Source: Candidatus Shapirobacteria bacterium
GTDB taxonomy: Bacteria > Patescibacteriota > Microgenomatia > UBA12405
Reading direction: 5' to 3'
DNA length: 64,000 nt
Assembly: GCA_041661765.1 (NCBI GenBank)
Contig: JBAZTV010000001.1
Location: 231,983-295,982 of the forward strand
In this document: positions 18,862 through 29,366 of the stretch, piece by piece
Layout of the letters: every line of letters starts with the position of its first letter
How positions within the stretch are numbered: the stretch's first letter is position 1
Program-made: the position numbers and the translations under genes
Notes under the pieces: generated by a model
Seen by the model: only the letters and a program-made list of their open reading frames with translations
What the model was told of the DNA's origin: nothing
Databases searched by the model: none

Positions 18862-20214
18862 ATGGACATTTTTTACCCAATCCAACTTTTAGCCAATTAT
18901 ATCTCCCAAAATCCAGCCATTAATTTCTTTATTTACGACACCATTAAGATTGGCCTTCTTTTAGTTTTTATTAATTATTTAATGGCCATTACTCGCTATT
19001 ATTTTTCTATTAATAAAACTAGAGATTTATTAATCAAAAGACGTTGGTTTGGTCTTGATTATTTATTTGCCGCACTTTTAGGAGTGGTTACTCCTTTTTG
19101 CTCTTGTTCTTCAATTCCTTTATTTATTGGTTTTTTAAGTGCCGGAATTCCACTTGGAGTAACCTTTGCCTTTTTAATTGCCTCACCATTAGTCAACGAA
19201 TCATCTTTAATTTTATTCCCCGCTCTCTTTGGTTGGCAAACAACCATTATTTATAATGTTGCTGGAATTATTTTAGCCGTAGTTGGTGGCATGATTATTC
19301 AAAAATTACATTTAGAAAAATATATTAATCACCAATTATTGAAATATAAATGTCGTTGTGACATTGAAGCTGAAAATGGTGGTCAAAAAATAAAATTAAA
19401 AAAACTTCTCGGTTATTGGTGGGCTGATGGTTTCAAAATTACCAAAAGTATTTTCCCTTATGTTCTTTTAGGTGTTGGTCTTGGAGCTATTATCCATGGT
19501 TTTGTTCCAGCCAATTTTTTTGAAAAATATTTATCAATAAAAAGTTGGTGGACAGTTCCACTTGCTACTCTTATTGGTGTTCCTCTTTATGCCAATTCAG
19601 TTACAGTTATCCCAATTATTGAAGCCCTTATTAACAAAGGTGTACCAATGGGAACCGCTCTTGCTTTTATGACTGCTACCGTTGCACTATCTTTACCCGA
19701 GGCTCTAATACTCAAAAAAGCCATGAAGTGGCAATTATTAGCCATATTTTTTGGTGTTACCACCATTGGTATTATGTTAATTGGTTATCTTTTTAATTTT
19801 ATTCAATATAATCCAAAAGAAAAAATAGCCTCAGTTAATCAACAGCCCATTCCTGCTAAAACAGTAAATACCTCTCTGCCTTCTGGTTCTGAAAAAATTG
19901 AAGTTTTTGTTTTTCATACCACCAATCGTTGTCTTTCTTGTATTAATATTGGCAAATATACTAAGACAGTTATTGAAGAAAAATTCCCTCAAGATTTCAA
20001 ATCTGGAAAAATTACTTTTAGGGAAGTAAATATTGACTTGCTAGAAAATTTTAAAATGGCTCAAGAATATAAAGTTAGTGGCTCAGCTCTTTTTATTAAT
20101 GCCATTAAAGATGGCAAAGACAATCACGAAGAGGATACAACTGTTTGGCGTTTGGTTACCAATGAGGCTCAAATGAAGTCTTATTTTGAAGCCAAATTAA
20201 GAAAATTACTTTAA
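18862..20214 (+). CDS. arsP: ArsP (DUF318) permease fused to a C-terminal ArsF-like thioredoxin-fold domain
   Basis: TPFCSCSSIP and ALSLPE (ArsP); after a P/T/S linker, KIEVFVFHTTNRCLSC (ArsF-like). Confidence 0.85.
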   Translation: MDIFYPIQLLANYISQNPAINFFIYDTIKIGLLLVFINYLMAITRYYFSINKTRDLLIKRRWFGLDYLFAALLGVVTPFCSCSSIPLFIGFLSAGIPLGVTFAFLIASPLVNESSLILFPALFGWQTTIIYNVAGIILAVVGGMIIQKLHLEKYINHQLLKYKCRCDIEAENGGQKIKLKKLLGYWWADGFKITKSIFPYVLLGVGLGAIIHGFVPANFFEKYLSIKSWWTVPLATLIGVPLYANSVTVIPIIEALINKGVPMGTALAFMTATVALSLPEALILKKAMKWQLLAIFFGVTTIGIMLIGYLFNFIQYNPKEKIASVNQQPIPAKTVNTSLPSGSEKIEVFVFHTTNRCLSCINIGKYTKTVIEEKFPQDFKSGKITFREVNIDLLENFKMAQEYKVSGSALFINAIKDGKDNHEEDTTVWRLVTNEAQMKSYFEAKLRKLL

Positions 20215-20217
20215 TCT

Positions 20218-20919
20218 ATGGAATGGCTAAATTATTTAATCGATACCTACAATATTCCACTTCTGTCTGCTTTTCTGATTGGAATAATGGCTTCCATTAG
20301 CCCTTGCCCCTTAGCAACCAACATCACCGCCATCGCTTTTATTTCCAAAGATATTAAAAGTTCACGTCAAACTTTATTAAATGGTCTTTTTTACACCTTA
20401 GGTCGAGGAATTAGCTATACATTACTTGCCACTCTCATTTATTGTGGTCTTTCATCCTTTTCCATTTCCTCAATTTTTCAGGGTTGGGGAGATAAAGCTC
20501 TTGGTCCAGTTCTAATTTTAATTGGCTTAATTATGGCTGATATTATTAAAATTAATTTTAAAAATAGCAATCCAAAAATTGAGCAATTAAAACTTTGGTT
20601 ATCTAAAAAAGGTTATATTGGTTCACTTCTTTTAGGCATGCTTTTCGCTTTGGCTTTCTGTCCTTACAGTGGAGTCTTATTCTTTGGAGTTTTAATTCCC
20701 ATGGTTTTAAAATCTAACGAAAGTCTTTTATTATCACCATTATTTGCACTTGGGACAGGATTACCAGTCATAGTTTTTTCTTTTATCATTGCTTTCAGCG
20801 CCAATAAAATTGGTTCAACTTTTTCTAAGGTTTCTCAAGTAGAAAAAATAATCCGAAAAATCACCGCCACGATTTTTATTATTATCGGGATCTATTATTT
20901 GAAGAATTTATTGCTTTAA
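20218..20919 (+). CDS. arsG: ArsG-family / CcdA-DsbD-like membrane protein
   Basis: SISPCPLATNI and ALAFCPYSG motifs; ars operon context. Confidence 0.8.
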   Translation: MEWLNYLIDTYNIPLLSAFLIGIMASISPCPLATNITAIAFISKDIKSSRQTLLNGLFYTLGRGISYTLLATLIYCGLSSFSISSIFQGWGDKALGPVLILIGLIMADIIKINFKNSNPKIEQLKLWLSKKGYIGSLLLGMLFALAFCPYSGVLFFGVLIPMVLKSNESLLLSPLFALGTGLPVIVFSFIIAFSANKIGSTFSKVSQVEKIIRKITATIFIIIGIYYLKNLLL

Positions 20920-21269
20920 TCTTTTTGTTCTTTCTTGATAGTTTTCCAGTGGTAGAGATAAACAGGGATACCAATTAGGATCATTGATAACGAATTTGAA
21001 AATTGTCGCTTACGTTGGTTTGATTGTTCTTGTTGATTTCTTTTTTCCATCTCTTCTGGAGAAATTGTTTGTTTTTCTTGGATTACTGGATCACTATAGT
21101 AAGTATATTCAGAAACTTTAAAAACATAATTTTTCATTCCCAAATCAACCAGCTGAACACTTCCGATTATAGTAATTAAAAGACCTACAAAGGAAAATAA
21201 GTATAGATATAAAAGACGGATATTAAATTTCATTATTATAAAAAGTATAACATTTAAATAATTTCCCAA
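20916..21269 (-). CDS. DUF5671-like membrane protein
   Basis: RLLYLYLFSFVGL...IGIPVYLYHW. Confidence 0.65.
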   Translation of the reverse strand: MGNYLNVILFIIMKFNIRLLYLYLFSFVGLLITIIGSVQLVDLGMKNYVFKVSEYTYYSDPVIQEKQTISPEEMEKRNQQEQSNQRKRQFSNSLSMILIGIPVYLYHWKTIKKEQKD

Positions 21270-21354
21270 ATTTACTTAAAATGATAAGTGGGCTGACATA
21301 CAGTTTTTATTATTTTTTAATAAATATTTTTTTATTATAGATTATAATAATTCC

Positions 21355-23772
21355 ATGATTTATCATGGACTTTCAAAAAATGAAGCTGTTGAACTTCAAA
21401 AAAAATATGGGAAAAATATTTTACCAATCAAAGACAATTTTTCTCGACCACTAATATTTTTTTCTCAATTTAAAAGCCCGTTAGTTTATATCCTCATTAT
21501 TGTTGCCATAATCTCCCTATTATTTGGTGAATTTTTTGATGCCTCATTAGTTGCCGTTGTCATTTTTATTAATTCCCTCATGGGTTATTATCAAGAGTTA
21601 AGTAGTCAAAAAACCCTTATCTCACTGAGAAATATTTTACAACCCACAGCCTTAGTTATTCGTAACGGTTCTAGGCATGAGATTAATATTCAAGAATTAG
21701 TACCAGGAGATATTATTGCTTTAAATGCTGGTGACAAAATTCCTGGAGACGGCATTCTATTAGACGGAATTAGTTTATTGGTTGATGAATCAATCTTAAC
21801 CGGCGAAAGTAAAGCTATTGAAATTTCATCGGATGATAAAAATCATCCTGGTTTATTACGCATGGGAACCACTGTTCTTTCTGGTAAAGGAATTATGAAG
21901 ATAGAAAAAATTGGAGTTGAAACAGAAATGGGTAAAATTGGAAAATCACTTTCTGAAATCATAGATGAAAAAACTCCTCTCCAGAAAAAACTTGAAGTTT
22001 TTTCTAATCAATTAGCCAAAATTATTATAGTAGTTTGTTCCATAATATTTTTGGCTGAAATATATCATCATTTAAATTTATGGGAAGCTTTACGTTTGGC
22101 GTTAATTTTATCCGTTGCTGCTATTCCAGAAGGTCTACCAATTGCCGTAACAGTAATATTAGCCATTGGTATGAAAAAGATTTTAAAAAAACAAGGTCTG
22201 GTCAAAAAACTTCTTTCCATTGAAACGTTAGGATCAACATCAGTCATTTGCACTGATAAAACTGGTACCCTCACCGAAGGAAAAATGAAAGTTGTTAAAA
22301 CTAATTTTGAAGATGAAATCAAAGCCCAATTATCAATGATTTTAGCCAACGAGCAAAGAGACAGTTTAGAAATTGCTTTATGGGATTTTGTTCAAAAAAA
22401 AGGTCAGTTAAATCCGAACAAAATTTTAGAATCCACCCCTAAAATATACGAAGAACCTTTTGATAGTATCAAAAAATATTCATTAACTATAACCAAATCA
22501 GGAGGCAAGGAAACTGCTTACATTATTGGAGCGGCTGAAATTGTTTTGTCTTTTTGCGATCTTTCAAAAAATGAAAAACAAAAAATTTTAAAAGAAATTG
22601 AAACTTCAGCTAATTTAGGATTAAAGGTTTTAGGTATGGCTTATAAAGAAATTGGTAATCTCAAAAAAACTGAAAAATTTATTTGGCTAGGTTTGTGTGG
22701 TATCGAAGATCCTTTACGATCTGGAGTCAAAGAAACTATAAAAAAAGCCTTATCGGCCGGAATAAATATCAAAATTGTTACTGGTGATTATCGTAAAACA
22801 GCCGAGGAAATCGCCAGACAACTCGGTTTTGATGTTAATTCCAAAAATTCGATTGAGGGGGTTGAAATCGAATCAATGTCAGACGCAAATCTTTCAGAAA
22901 AAATAAACCAAATAATTGTTTTTTCTCGTATTACCCCTCAACAAAAATTACGTATTGTCGAAATTTTACAAAGGAAAGGTGAGATTGTTGCTATGACCGG
23001 AGACGGAGTTAATGATGCTCCTGCTTTAAAAAAAGCCAATATTGGAGTCGTCATTGGGACAGGTACTGAAGTTGCTAAGGAAGCGGGTGATCTAATTTTA
23101 TTAGATGGCAATTTTGATACCATTGTGTCAGCGGTAGAAGAAGGTAGGAGAATTTTTTCTAATATTAAAAAAGTTGTTGTCTATGTTCTTTCCAATTCTT
23201 TTGTTGAAATATTTTTAATTTTTGGTACCACCCTATTAAATATTCCAATCCCTTTAACCATAGTTCAAATTCTATGGATTCATTTAATTTGCGATGGACC
23301 TCCCGACATTGCTCTTGGTTTTGAACCAAAAGAAACTGACTTGATGAAACAAAAACCAAAAACAATCAGAAACGAAAAAATTTTATCTCCAAAAATGAAA
23401 TTATTAATTTTTGGAATTAGTTTTTTAATCGGTGGCCTATCTCTTTTTATTTTTAATTATTTTGCCATTTCATCAGGAAATTTAATCTTAGGACGAACCT
23501 TAGTTTTTGCTATTGCCGCTACTGTTAGTCTCATTTATATTTTTTCTTTTAAAAATCTTAAAAAACCAATTATTAAAACCGAAAATTTTTTTGAAAATAA
23601 GGTTTTATTCTTTTCAGTTTTATACGGTTTTATTCTAATTTTTGCTGCCATTTATGTGCCATTTTTAAACCAAATATTAGGCACTGTACCTCTTAATTTA
23701 TTTCATTGGCTTATTGTTTTCAGTGTTGGCATTTTTGCCACTTTAATTGTTGAAATAAGTAAAATCTTTTAA
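21355..23772 (+). CDS. Cation-transporting P-type ATPase (type II, Ca2+/Mg2+-like)
   Basis: LTGES, IPEGLP, DKTGTLT, TGD, GDGVNDAPAL. Confidence 0.95.
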   Translation: MIYHGLSKNEAVELQKKYGKNILPIKDNFSRPLIFFSQFKSPLVYILIIVAIISLLFGEFFDASLVAVVIFINSLMGYYQELSSQKTLISLRNILQPTALVIRNGSRHEINIQELVPGDIIALNAGDKIPGDGILLDGISLLVDESILTGESKAIEISSDDKNHPGLLRMGTTVLSGKGIMKIEKIGVETEMGKIGKSLSEIIDEKTPLQKKLEVFSNQLAKIIIVVCSIIFLAEIYHHLNLWEALRLALILSVAAIPEGLPIAVTVILAIGMKKILKKQGLVKKLLSIETLGSTSVICTDKTGTLTEGKMKVVKTNFEDEIKAQLSMILANEQRDSLEIALWDFVQKKGQLNPNKILESTPKIYEEPFDSIKKYSLTITKSGGKETAYIIGAAEIVLSFCDLSKNEKQKILKEIETSANLGLKVLGMAYKEIGNLKKTEKFIWLGLCGIEDPLRSGVKETIKKALSAGINIKIVTGDYRKTAEEIARQLGFDVNSKNSIEGVEIESMSDANLSEKINQIIVFSRITPQQKLRIVEILQRKGEIVAMTGDGVNDAPALKKANIGVVIGTGTEVAKEAGDLILLDGNFDTIVSAVEEGRRIFSNIKKVVVYVLSNSFVEIFLIFGTTLLNIPIPLTIVQILWIHLICDGPPDIALGFEPKETDLMKQKPKTIRNEKILSPKMKLLIFGISFLIGGLSLFIFNYFAISSGNLILGRTLVFAIAATVSLIYIFSFKNLKKPIIKTENFFENKVLFFSVLYGFILIFAAIYVPFLNQILGTVPLNLFHWLIVFSVGIFATLIVEISKIF

Positions 23773-23824
23773 AAAAGTTCTCTAGCTTTATTTTGTTTCT
23801 TTTTATCACTATAATTTCAGTTAG

Positions 23825-25966
23825 ATGCATCTAATCACTATTTTAGTGTTATTGCCTGTAATCCTAAATTTATCACTTTATTTATCCTGGTCTGTTTTTG
23901 GTTTAAATATTTTTTCTTCCCTAATAGCTATAATTATTACTTTATTTATTATCATTTTTTATTCCCAAAAAAAATTTTCTCAATTAAAAAAGAACCTAAT
24001 CAAAAAAATATATATTCTACCTTTACTATTAATAATTGGAAATATTATTCTAATCGCCGCTGTTTTATCTCCTTATTTCCAATTAATTAAAATTGATAAT
24101 TTTATTTCACTTGCCACTAGCAGTGTCACTGACCTTTACAAACATTCTTATGTGGTTACTTCATTACAAACTTTTGGTTTGCCACTACATCATCCATATT
24201 TCCCTCCAGCTTCTTTTTCTTATTATTATGGTTATTATCTAACTCCAGCTCTTTTTTCTTATTTTTTACCTCAATTTCAAAATTATTTTTTATTCTTTTA
24301 CATTATTTTCACTGATTTTATTTCTCTTCTCATTCTTTTTTTTATTATCACCAAATTCATTAAAAATAATTTTTTAAGATTTATTTCTTTATGTTTAGTA
24401 ATTTTTGGCATGGGTCTCGACATTTTCCCTATGTTCCTCGATGGCCGATTAAATCATCCTGATCTTATCGAAATGTGGTCTATTAGCAATCATTTAGGAC
24501 TAAGAATCGACAACACTTTCGTTTCTCTTTTATGGACACCTCAACATTTTTTTGCCGCCGCTGTTTCTTCTTTTTTTATTTATAAAATTATTACCAGCAA
24601 AACTTCTTCCTGGATTTTAATTTCTCTTTTTTCTTTTGTTTTTTTATCTAGCGCTTTTGTTGCTCTTTCCTTAGCTTTTATTACTTTTCTAATATTTATT
24701 ATTTTTCCCCAAAAACGTAAATCTATTTTTATAGTTGGTCTTTTTTCTATTGTTTTACTTTTACCCTATTTTTTTAGTGTCGCTCAAAAGGGCGGGGGGA
24801 TATTTCAGTTTTACCATTTTTATCCCTATTCATTTGTTGCCCAAAACCAAGTCCTTAATTATTTTCTAACCTTGCTTTCTGATTATGGCTTCCTCTTTCT
24901 TATTTTACCTTTTTTAATTCCTGTTTTTATTAAAAAAATAAAACCAACCCGCACATTAGCTTTACTTTTAGCTATTTATTTACCTGTAGTTATTACTTGT
25001 TTTATTTGCAGTACCGGCTATAACGATTTTGCTCTTCGTAGCACCATTTTACCTCAACTATTAGTAATAATATTTTTTATTAAAGCCGTCGAAATAATTT
25101 CCAACAAATTTATTAAATATTTTTTAATTGCCATTATTCTTTTAAATTTGATTATTTCCTCTTCTGGTTTTCTTTTTGAATATGCCAGTCGTTGGAAAAG
25201 TCGTCAAATTCTCGACCCTTATGCATCAGAGTTAATTCTCAAACTTCGTTCCATCAAAGACCCTGTAATTTTTGCCGCTATTGGCCAAAATGAATGGATT
25301 TTTCAAATTCCTCCTTTAGCTTTTAAACCAATTTATACTTCCGACCTTTATGATTCTGGTGGCTATCTTCAAGATAACCCATCTAACACTTTTGGCGAAC
25401 ATGAAACCAAAGAAAAAGAAATTTACACCAAACCCAACATTGGTTCTAATTTCAAAGAAATTATTTACGAACGAAATTCTTACCTTTTAGATTTAAATAA
25501 ATTTACTCGGGCTTATCAATTTGACTGGTTAATATTAGATCATCGCATTGGAGTTAAAAAAGGTCTCAATTTTTGGGTTCCTCTTTTTGAAAAAATTAAT
25601 GTCCAAAGTTGGTCATTAACTCCTACTTTTATCGCTTTTAATCGTCAAAGTCTTATTAGTCAATTGGCTAACAAAAGTATTTTTATTAATCAAAGCAAAC
25701 AACAAACTTTTAAAATAATTGATAATAAAGTCACCCTACCATCTGGGTTTTGGTATCTTTCTCTTTGTAATCAAAAAAAATCAGAATCAATTTTACATTT
25801 TGAGCCAGAAGATGCCTATCCTGTTTTTAGCTCACCAGTTAAAAGTGGTTTTTGTATCGGTAATTTTTTTTATTTAGAAAATAAATCATTATTAAAACTG
25901 CTCAATAATTCTAACCAAGAGATTTATATTTTTCCAGTTGAAGTGTTCACACAACAACTCCAATAA
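23825..25966 (+). CDS. Large polytopic membrane protein, probable GT-C-fold glycosyltransferase
   Basis: More than 10 TM segments; loop motif DLYKH...HPY..YYYGYY; soluble C-terminal domain. Confidence 0.55.
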   Translation: MHLITILVLLPVILNLSLYLSWSVFGLNIFSSLIAIIITLFIIIFYSQKKFSQLKKNLIKKIYILPLLLIIGNIILIAAVLSPYFQLIKIDNFISLATSSVTDLYKHSYVVTSLQTFGLPLHHPYFPPASFSYYYGYYLTPALFSYFLPQFQNYFLFFYIIFTDFISLLILFFIITKFIKNNFLRFISLCLVIFGMGLDIFPMFLDGRLNHPDLIEMWSISNHLGLRIDNTFVSLLWTPQHFFAAAVSSFFIYKIITSKTSSWILISLFSFVFLSSAFVALSLAFITFLIFIIFPQKRKSIFIVGLFSIVLLLPYFFSVAQKGGGIFQFYHFYPYSFVAQNQVLNYFLTLLSDYGFLFLILPFLIPVFIKKIKPTRTLALLLAIYLPVVITCFICSTGYNDFALRSTILPQLLVIIFFIKAVEIISNKFIKYFLIAIILLNLIISSSGFLFEYASRWKSRQILDPYASELILKLRSIKDPVIFAAIGQNEWIFQIPPLAFKPIYTSDLYDSGGYLQDNPSNTFGEHETKEKEIYTKPNIGSNFKEIIYERNSYLLDLNKFTRAYQFDWLILDHRIGVKKGLNFWVPLFEKINVQSWSLTPTFIAFNRQSLISQLANKSIFINQSKQQTFKIIDNKVTLPSGFWYLSLCNQKKSESILHFEPEDAYPVFSSPVKSGFCIGNFFYLENKSLLKLLNNSNQEIYIFPVEVFTQQLQ

Positions 25967-25984
25967 AATTTAATTAATATTTGT

Positions 25985-26374
25985 TTGATACAATCGCGAA
26001 ATATGAAAAAAAAGATTAATAAATTTATATATTGGACACCAAGAATTTTAGGAATAATCTTTATTCTTTTTTTAATGATGTTTTCATTAGATATTTTCGA
26101 GCCGGGACTAACTGTTTGGCAGATAACCATTGGTTTGTTTATGCACAACATCCCCGCATTAATTTTATTAATTTTTTTAATAATTTCATGGAAACATGAA
26201 ATAGTTGGAGGGATTGTTTTTATTTTAGCCGGATTATTTTACATTTTTTTATTAGCTACTAGTTCTCATTTTGAATGGTATATGTTGATTTGGTCACTAA
26301 CAATTTCTGGTCCTGCGTTTTTAATTGGAACTTTATTTTTCTGTAATTGGTTTAAAAAGAAGAATTCCAAATAA
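25985..26374 (+). CDS. Small membrane protein (start probably ATG 26003)
   Basis: WTPRILGI...MHNIP...; four TM segments. Confidence 0.7.
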   Translation: MIQSRNMKKKINKFIYWTPRILGIIFILFLMMFSLDIFEPGLTVWQITIGLFMHNIPALILLIFLIISWKHEIVGGIVFILAGLFYIFLLATSSHFEWYMLIWSLTISGPAFLIGTLFFCNWFKKKNSK

Positions 26375-26437
26375 TCTTCATCTTTTTCTTTTATTAAAAA
26401 TCATAAATATAATAATCAATCGTGATATTCTAAATTA

Positions 26438-27181
26438 ATGTTTACTTTAATTTTAAGTAAAATATTTTGGGGAGCGGTAACCATATTGACTATTCCTACC
26501 ACTCTAATATTAGTTTCTTGGAATGCGGTGCCAGGCGATTCTACTTATAAAATTAAGACAGGGTTGGAACAGGTAATTCTTGGTGCCGCTCCTTCTTCTA
26601 ATTTAAAAAGCACACTGCAAATAAAATATACGGAAAAGCGTTTTAATGAAGTTCAAAAAGTATTATCAACTAGCCATGCCAGTGAGAGCTTAGATAATTT
26701 TAATAATCAATTAATAGCTTCCGAAAACAGTGTCAATGAAATTAAAAATGTTGAAGAGAAAAAAATCCAAACTCAAAATTTGATTAAAACTCTAGAAGAT
26801 GTTTCACAAAAAATTGAACAGGAAAGCCAATCACATCCAACTCCAGCCATAACTATCACTCTTACTCCAACAAAAATACCTTTCACTCCAATTCCTACTA
26901 CTCACAATAAAATTGAAATTAATATTCCAACTAGAGCTATTACTATTGTTCCAACCAAATCACCCCCCACAACCACTCCTACTGACACATCAAACAAGAA
27001 TCCTGACCCTAACATTCCAGATAAATTAGAAAAAACCAAAGAGAAAATAGATGAAACAATAAAAGAACTTAAAAAATCCCAAGAACAGGAACAAAATAAT
27101 AGCCAAAAACAAAATAATAATATTGATTTAAAAACTAATAATTCTAATCAAGATAATCAAAAAAAAGATAACAAAAAATAA
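26438..27181 (+). CDS. DUF5667-like exported protein with Pro/Thr-rich linker
   Basis: AVPGDSTYKIKTGLE...EKRFNE; PTPT-rich middle region. Confidence 0.7.
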   Translation: MFTLILSKIFWGAVTILTIPTTLILVSWNAVPGDSTYKIKTGLEQVILGAAPSSNLKSTLQIKYTEKRFNEVQKVLSTSHASESLDNFNNQLIASENSVNEIKNVEEKKIQTQNLIKTLEDVSQKIEQESQSHPTPAITITLTPTKIPFTPIPTTHNKIEINIPTRAITIVPTKSPPTTTPTDTSNKNPDPNIPDKLEKTKEKIDETIKELKKSQEQEQNNSQKQNNNIDLKTNNSNQDNQKKDNKK

Positions 27182-27207
27182 AAAAGAATCAATAATCGCT
27201 TTTAAAA

Positions 27208-28284
27208 TTATTTACCAGTCAATTTGTTGAATATTTCTTTCACACTTCCGTTTCCCGATTCTTTAAGTCGATATCCATTAGTGCCTGTAAACAAAACTCC
27301 TTTTTCTATGTCTCCAATATGCGCGTTATGGAGAGCCCTAATTATACAATAACCAATTCCATTTTCACTATATTCACATCCACGAAGACATTTGACACAA
27401 GTTCCTAAATTAAACCTCTCCCCAGAATTAACTTTTATTATAAAATCATTTTCAATAGCCCGTCCCGGCATTCCAACAGGGCTTTTAATAATTACAATAT
27501 TATTTTTCAATAAATGTCTGGCTTTAAATTCTTCAGAAGCATTACATTCTTTAGTAACCAAAAAACGCGTTGCCATTTGAACTCCACTTGCACCTATGTC
27601 CAACATGTGATCAATATCAGTTCTATCCCATATTCCGCCTGCAGCAATCACTGGGATATCATATTTTTTTGCTTTTAAAAATTCAACCAACTGGGGCACC
27701 ACCACCTCCAAACTAAATTCCCTTGTCCCAATATCTTCAACATGTGCCCCTAAATGACCACCAGCCGTGTTCGGTGTTTCCACCACAAAAGCAGCTGGTA
27801 AAGAATAATTACCCCATTTTCTTAATATAATATCTGTCGCCCTAAGACTCGAAACAATAGGTATTAAGGCAGGCGTTTCCTGTCCAGATCTTTTATATTT
27901 ATCTACATATTTTGGCAAACTTGTTGGTAATCCTGCTCCTGATACAATAAATTTGGCCCCGCTTTCCACTGCCACTCTTATCGAATTTTCATAATCAGTT
28001 GTTGCTACCATTAAATTAACCCCAACATTTCCGTTATTGGTCATTTCCAAAGCATTACAAATCTCACGCTTTAAACATAATTCATTTGCTTCTAAATAAT
28101 CCTCAGCCCTTTTAATTCTTGGAGATATACCTAAACCAACTCCGCCAATAGTTCCACAACCCCCTTCATTTGCAACCGCAGATGCCATTTCTTTTGTAGT
28201 CAAACCTGTCGACATCCCACCCAGAACGATTGGGTAACGAGATTCAATTTTTCCTATTCTCAATGGTGGCAATTCATTGTTCAT
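27208..28284 (-). CDS. Nitronate monooxygenase / FabK-like flavoprotein
   Basis: PIVLGGM, AGGHLG, PVIAAGGI, GVQMATRF, CVKCLRGC. Confidence 0.9.
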   Translation of the reverse strand: MNNELPPLRIGKIESRYPIVLGGMSTGLTTKEMASAVANEGGCGTIGGVGLGISPRIKRAEDYLEANELCLKREICNALEMTNNGNVGVNLMVATTDYENSIRVAVESGAKFIVSGAGLPTSLPKYVDKYKRSGQETPALIPIVSSLRATDIILRKWGNYSLPAAFVVETPNTAGGHLGAHVEDIGTREFSLEVVVPQLVEFLKAKKYDIPVIAAGGIWDRTDIDHMLDIGASGVQMATRFLVTKECNASEEFKARHLLKNNIVIIKSPVGMPGRAIENDFIIKVNSGERFNLGTCVKCLRGCEYSENGIGYCIIRALHNAHIGDIEKGVLFTGTNGYRLKESGNGSVKEIFNKLTGK

Positions 28285-28455
28285 ATATATTAATATTATA
28301 ACTCTAAATAAAACATAACAAATAAGGCCCAGTCAAGTAATTTCTCATATTACAATTATTAATTTTTATTTGATATTTTTTTGAAAAACTACAACCATTT
28401 GACATAATTTATATCTAACATAAAATATCGTTTATTAATAAATATAATTTAAATT

Positions 28456-29283
28456 ATGTCAATTGAAAAAAACTGGACAAAAATAGAAATTGATTCTGTT
28501 AAAGAAAATAGAGAAAAATTAGACACTAAAACCCCCATAATTATTGCTGGACTACCTGGTAAAGTTGCCACTCTTGTTGCAGAAGCAATTGAAAAGTCTG
28601 AAAATTATCTTTTGTTCGATATCGCTCTTTCATCATCTCAACACGAAGGTAGATGCAACCTCGATAATATTAATTTATTATCAACTTCAAATTCATCATT
28701 GATAGAAAACTTATATAATATAAAAAGAGTCCATCCTAGCGTAATAATTGTAGACTATACTAGCCCAAACTCAGTAAATTCCAACGCAGAATTATACACC
28801 AAAATTGGCATTCCTTTTGTTATGGGAACAACTGGTGGAGATAGACAAAAATTATTTGAAACTGTAAAAAATAGTGAAATTAGTGCTGTTATCGATACTA
28901 ATATGGCACCTCATATAGTTATTATGCAATCCATACTGGAGCAAGCTTCCAAAGAATTCCCCGGAGCTTTACCGGGGTGGAAATTATCAGTAATAGAAAG
29001 TCACCAAGCTGGTAAAAAAGATGTTAGTGGAACTGCAAGATCATGGTTACCTAAACTTAAAGCCCTCGGAGCCAATTTAATTGGGGAAATTGAAAGTATT
29101 CGAGATCCAAAAAAACAAACCGATTTAGGGATTCAAAATACCGATGGACATGGTTATCATTGGTTTACATTAACTAGTCCAGATGAAAAGGCTTCTTTTC
29201 AAATCTTTACCTCCGTTGAAGGAAGAGCACCTTATATTACCGGCACTTTAATGGCAATAGACTTCCTTAAAGAAAAAAAATAA
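28456..29283 (+). CDS. dapB: 4-hydroxy-tetrahydrodipicolinate reductase (plant-like type); conserved tail continues in the +1 frame to 29350
   Basis: GLPGKVA, VDYTSP, FVMGTTGGDR, ESHQAGKKDVSGTA, GHGYH. Confidence 0.85.
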   Translation: MSIEKNWTKIEIDSVKENREKLDTKTPIIIAGLPGKVATLVAEAIEKSENYLLFDIALSSSQHEGRCNLDNINLLSTSNSSLIENLYNIKRVHPSVIIVDYTSPNSVNSNAELYTKIGIPFVMGTTGGDRQKLFETVKNSEISAVIDTNMAPHIVIMQSILEQASKEFPGALPGWKLSVIESHQAGKKDVSGTARSWLPKLKALGANLIGEIESIRDPKKQTDLGIQNTDGHGYHWFTLTSPDEKASFQIFTSVEGRAPYITGTLMAIDFLKEKK

Positions 29284-29366
29284 AAGCCAACAAAAAGGGC
29301 AAGTATATTCAATGACAGACGTTCTTAAATCACAAAAAAACGATAGATAATATTAAAATTTATCAT

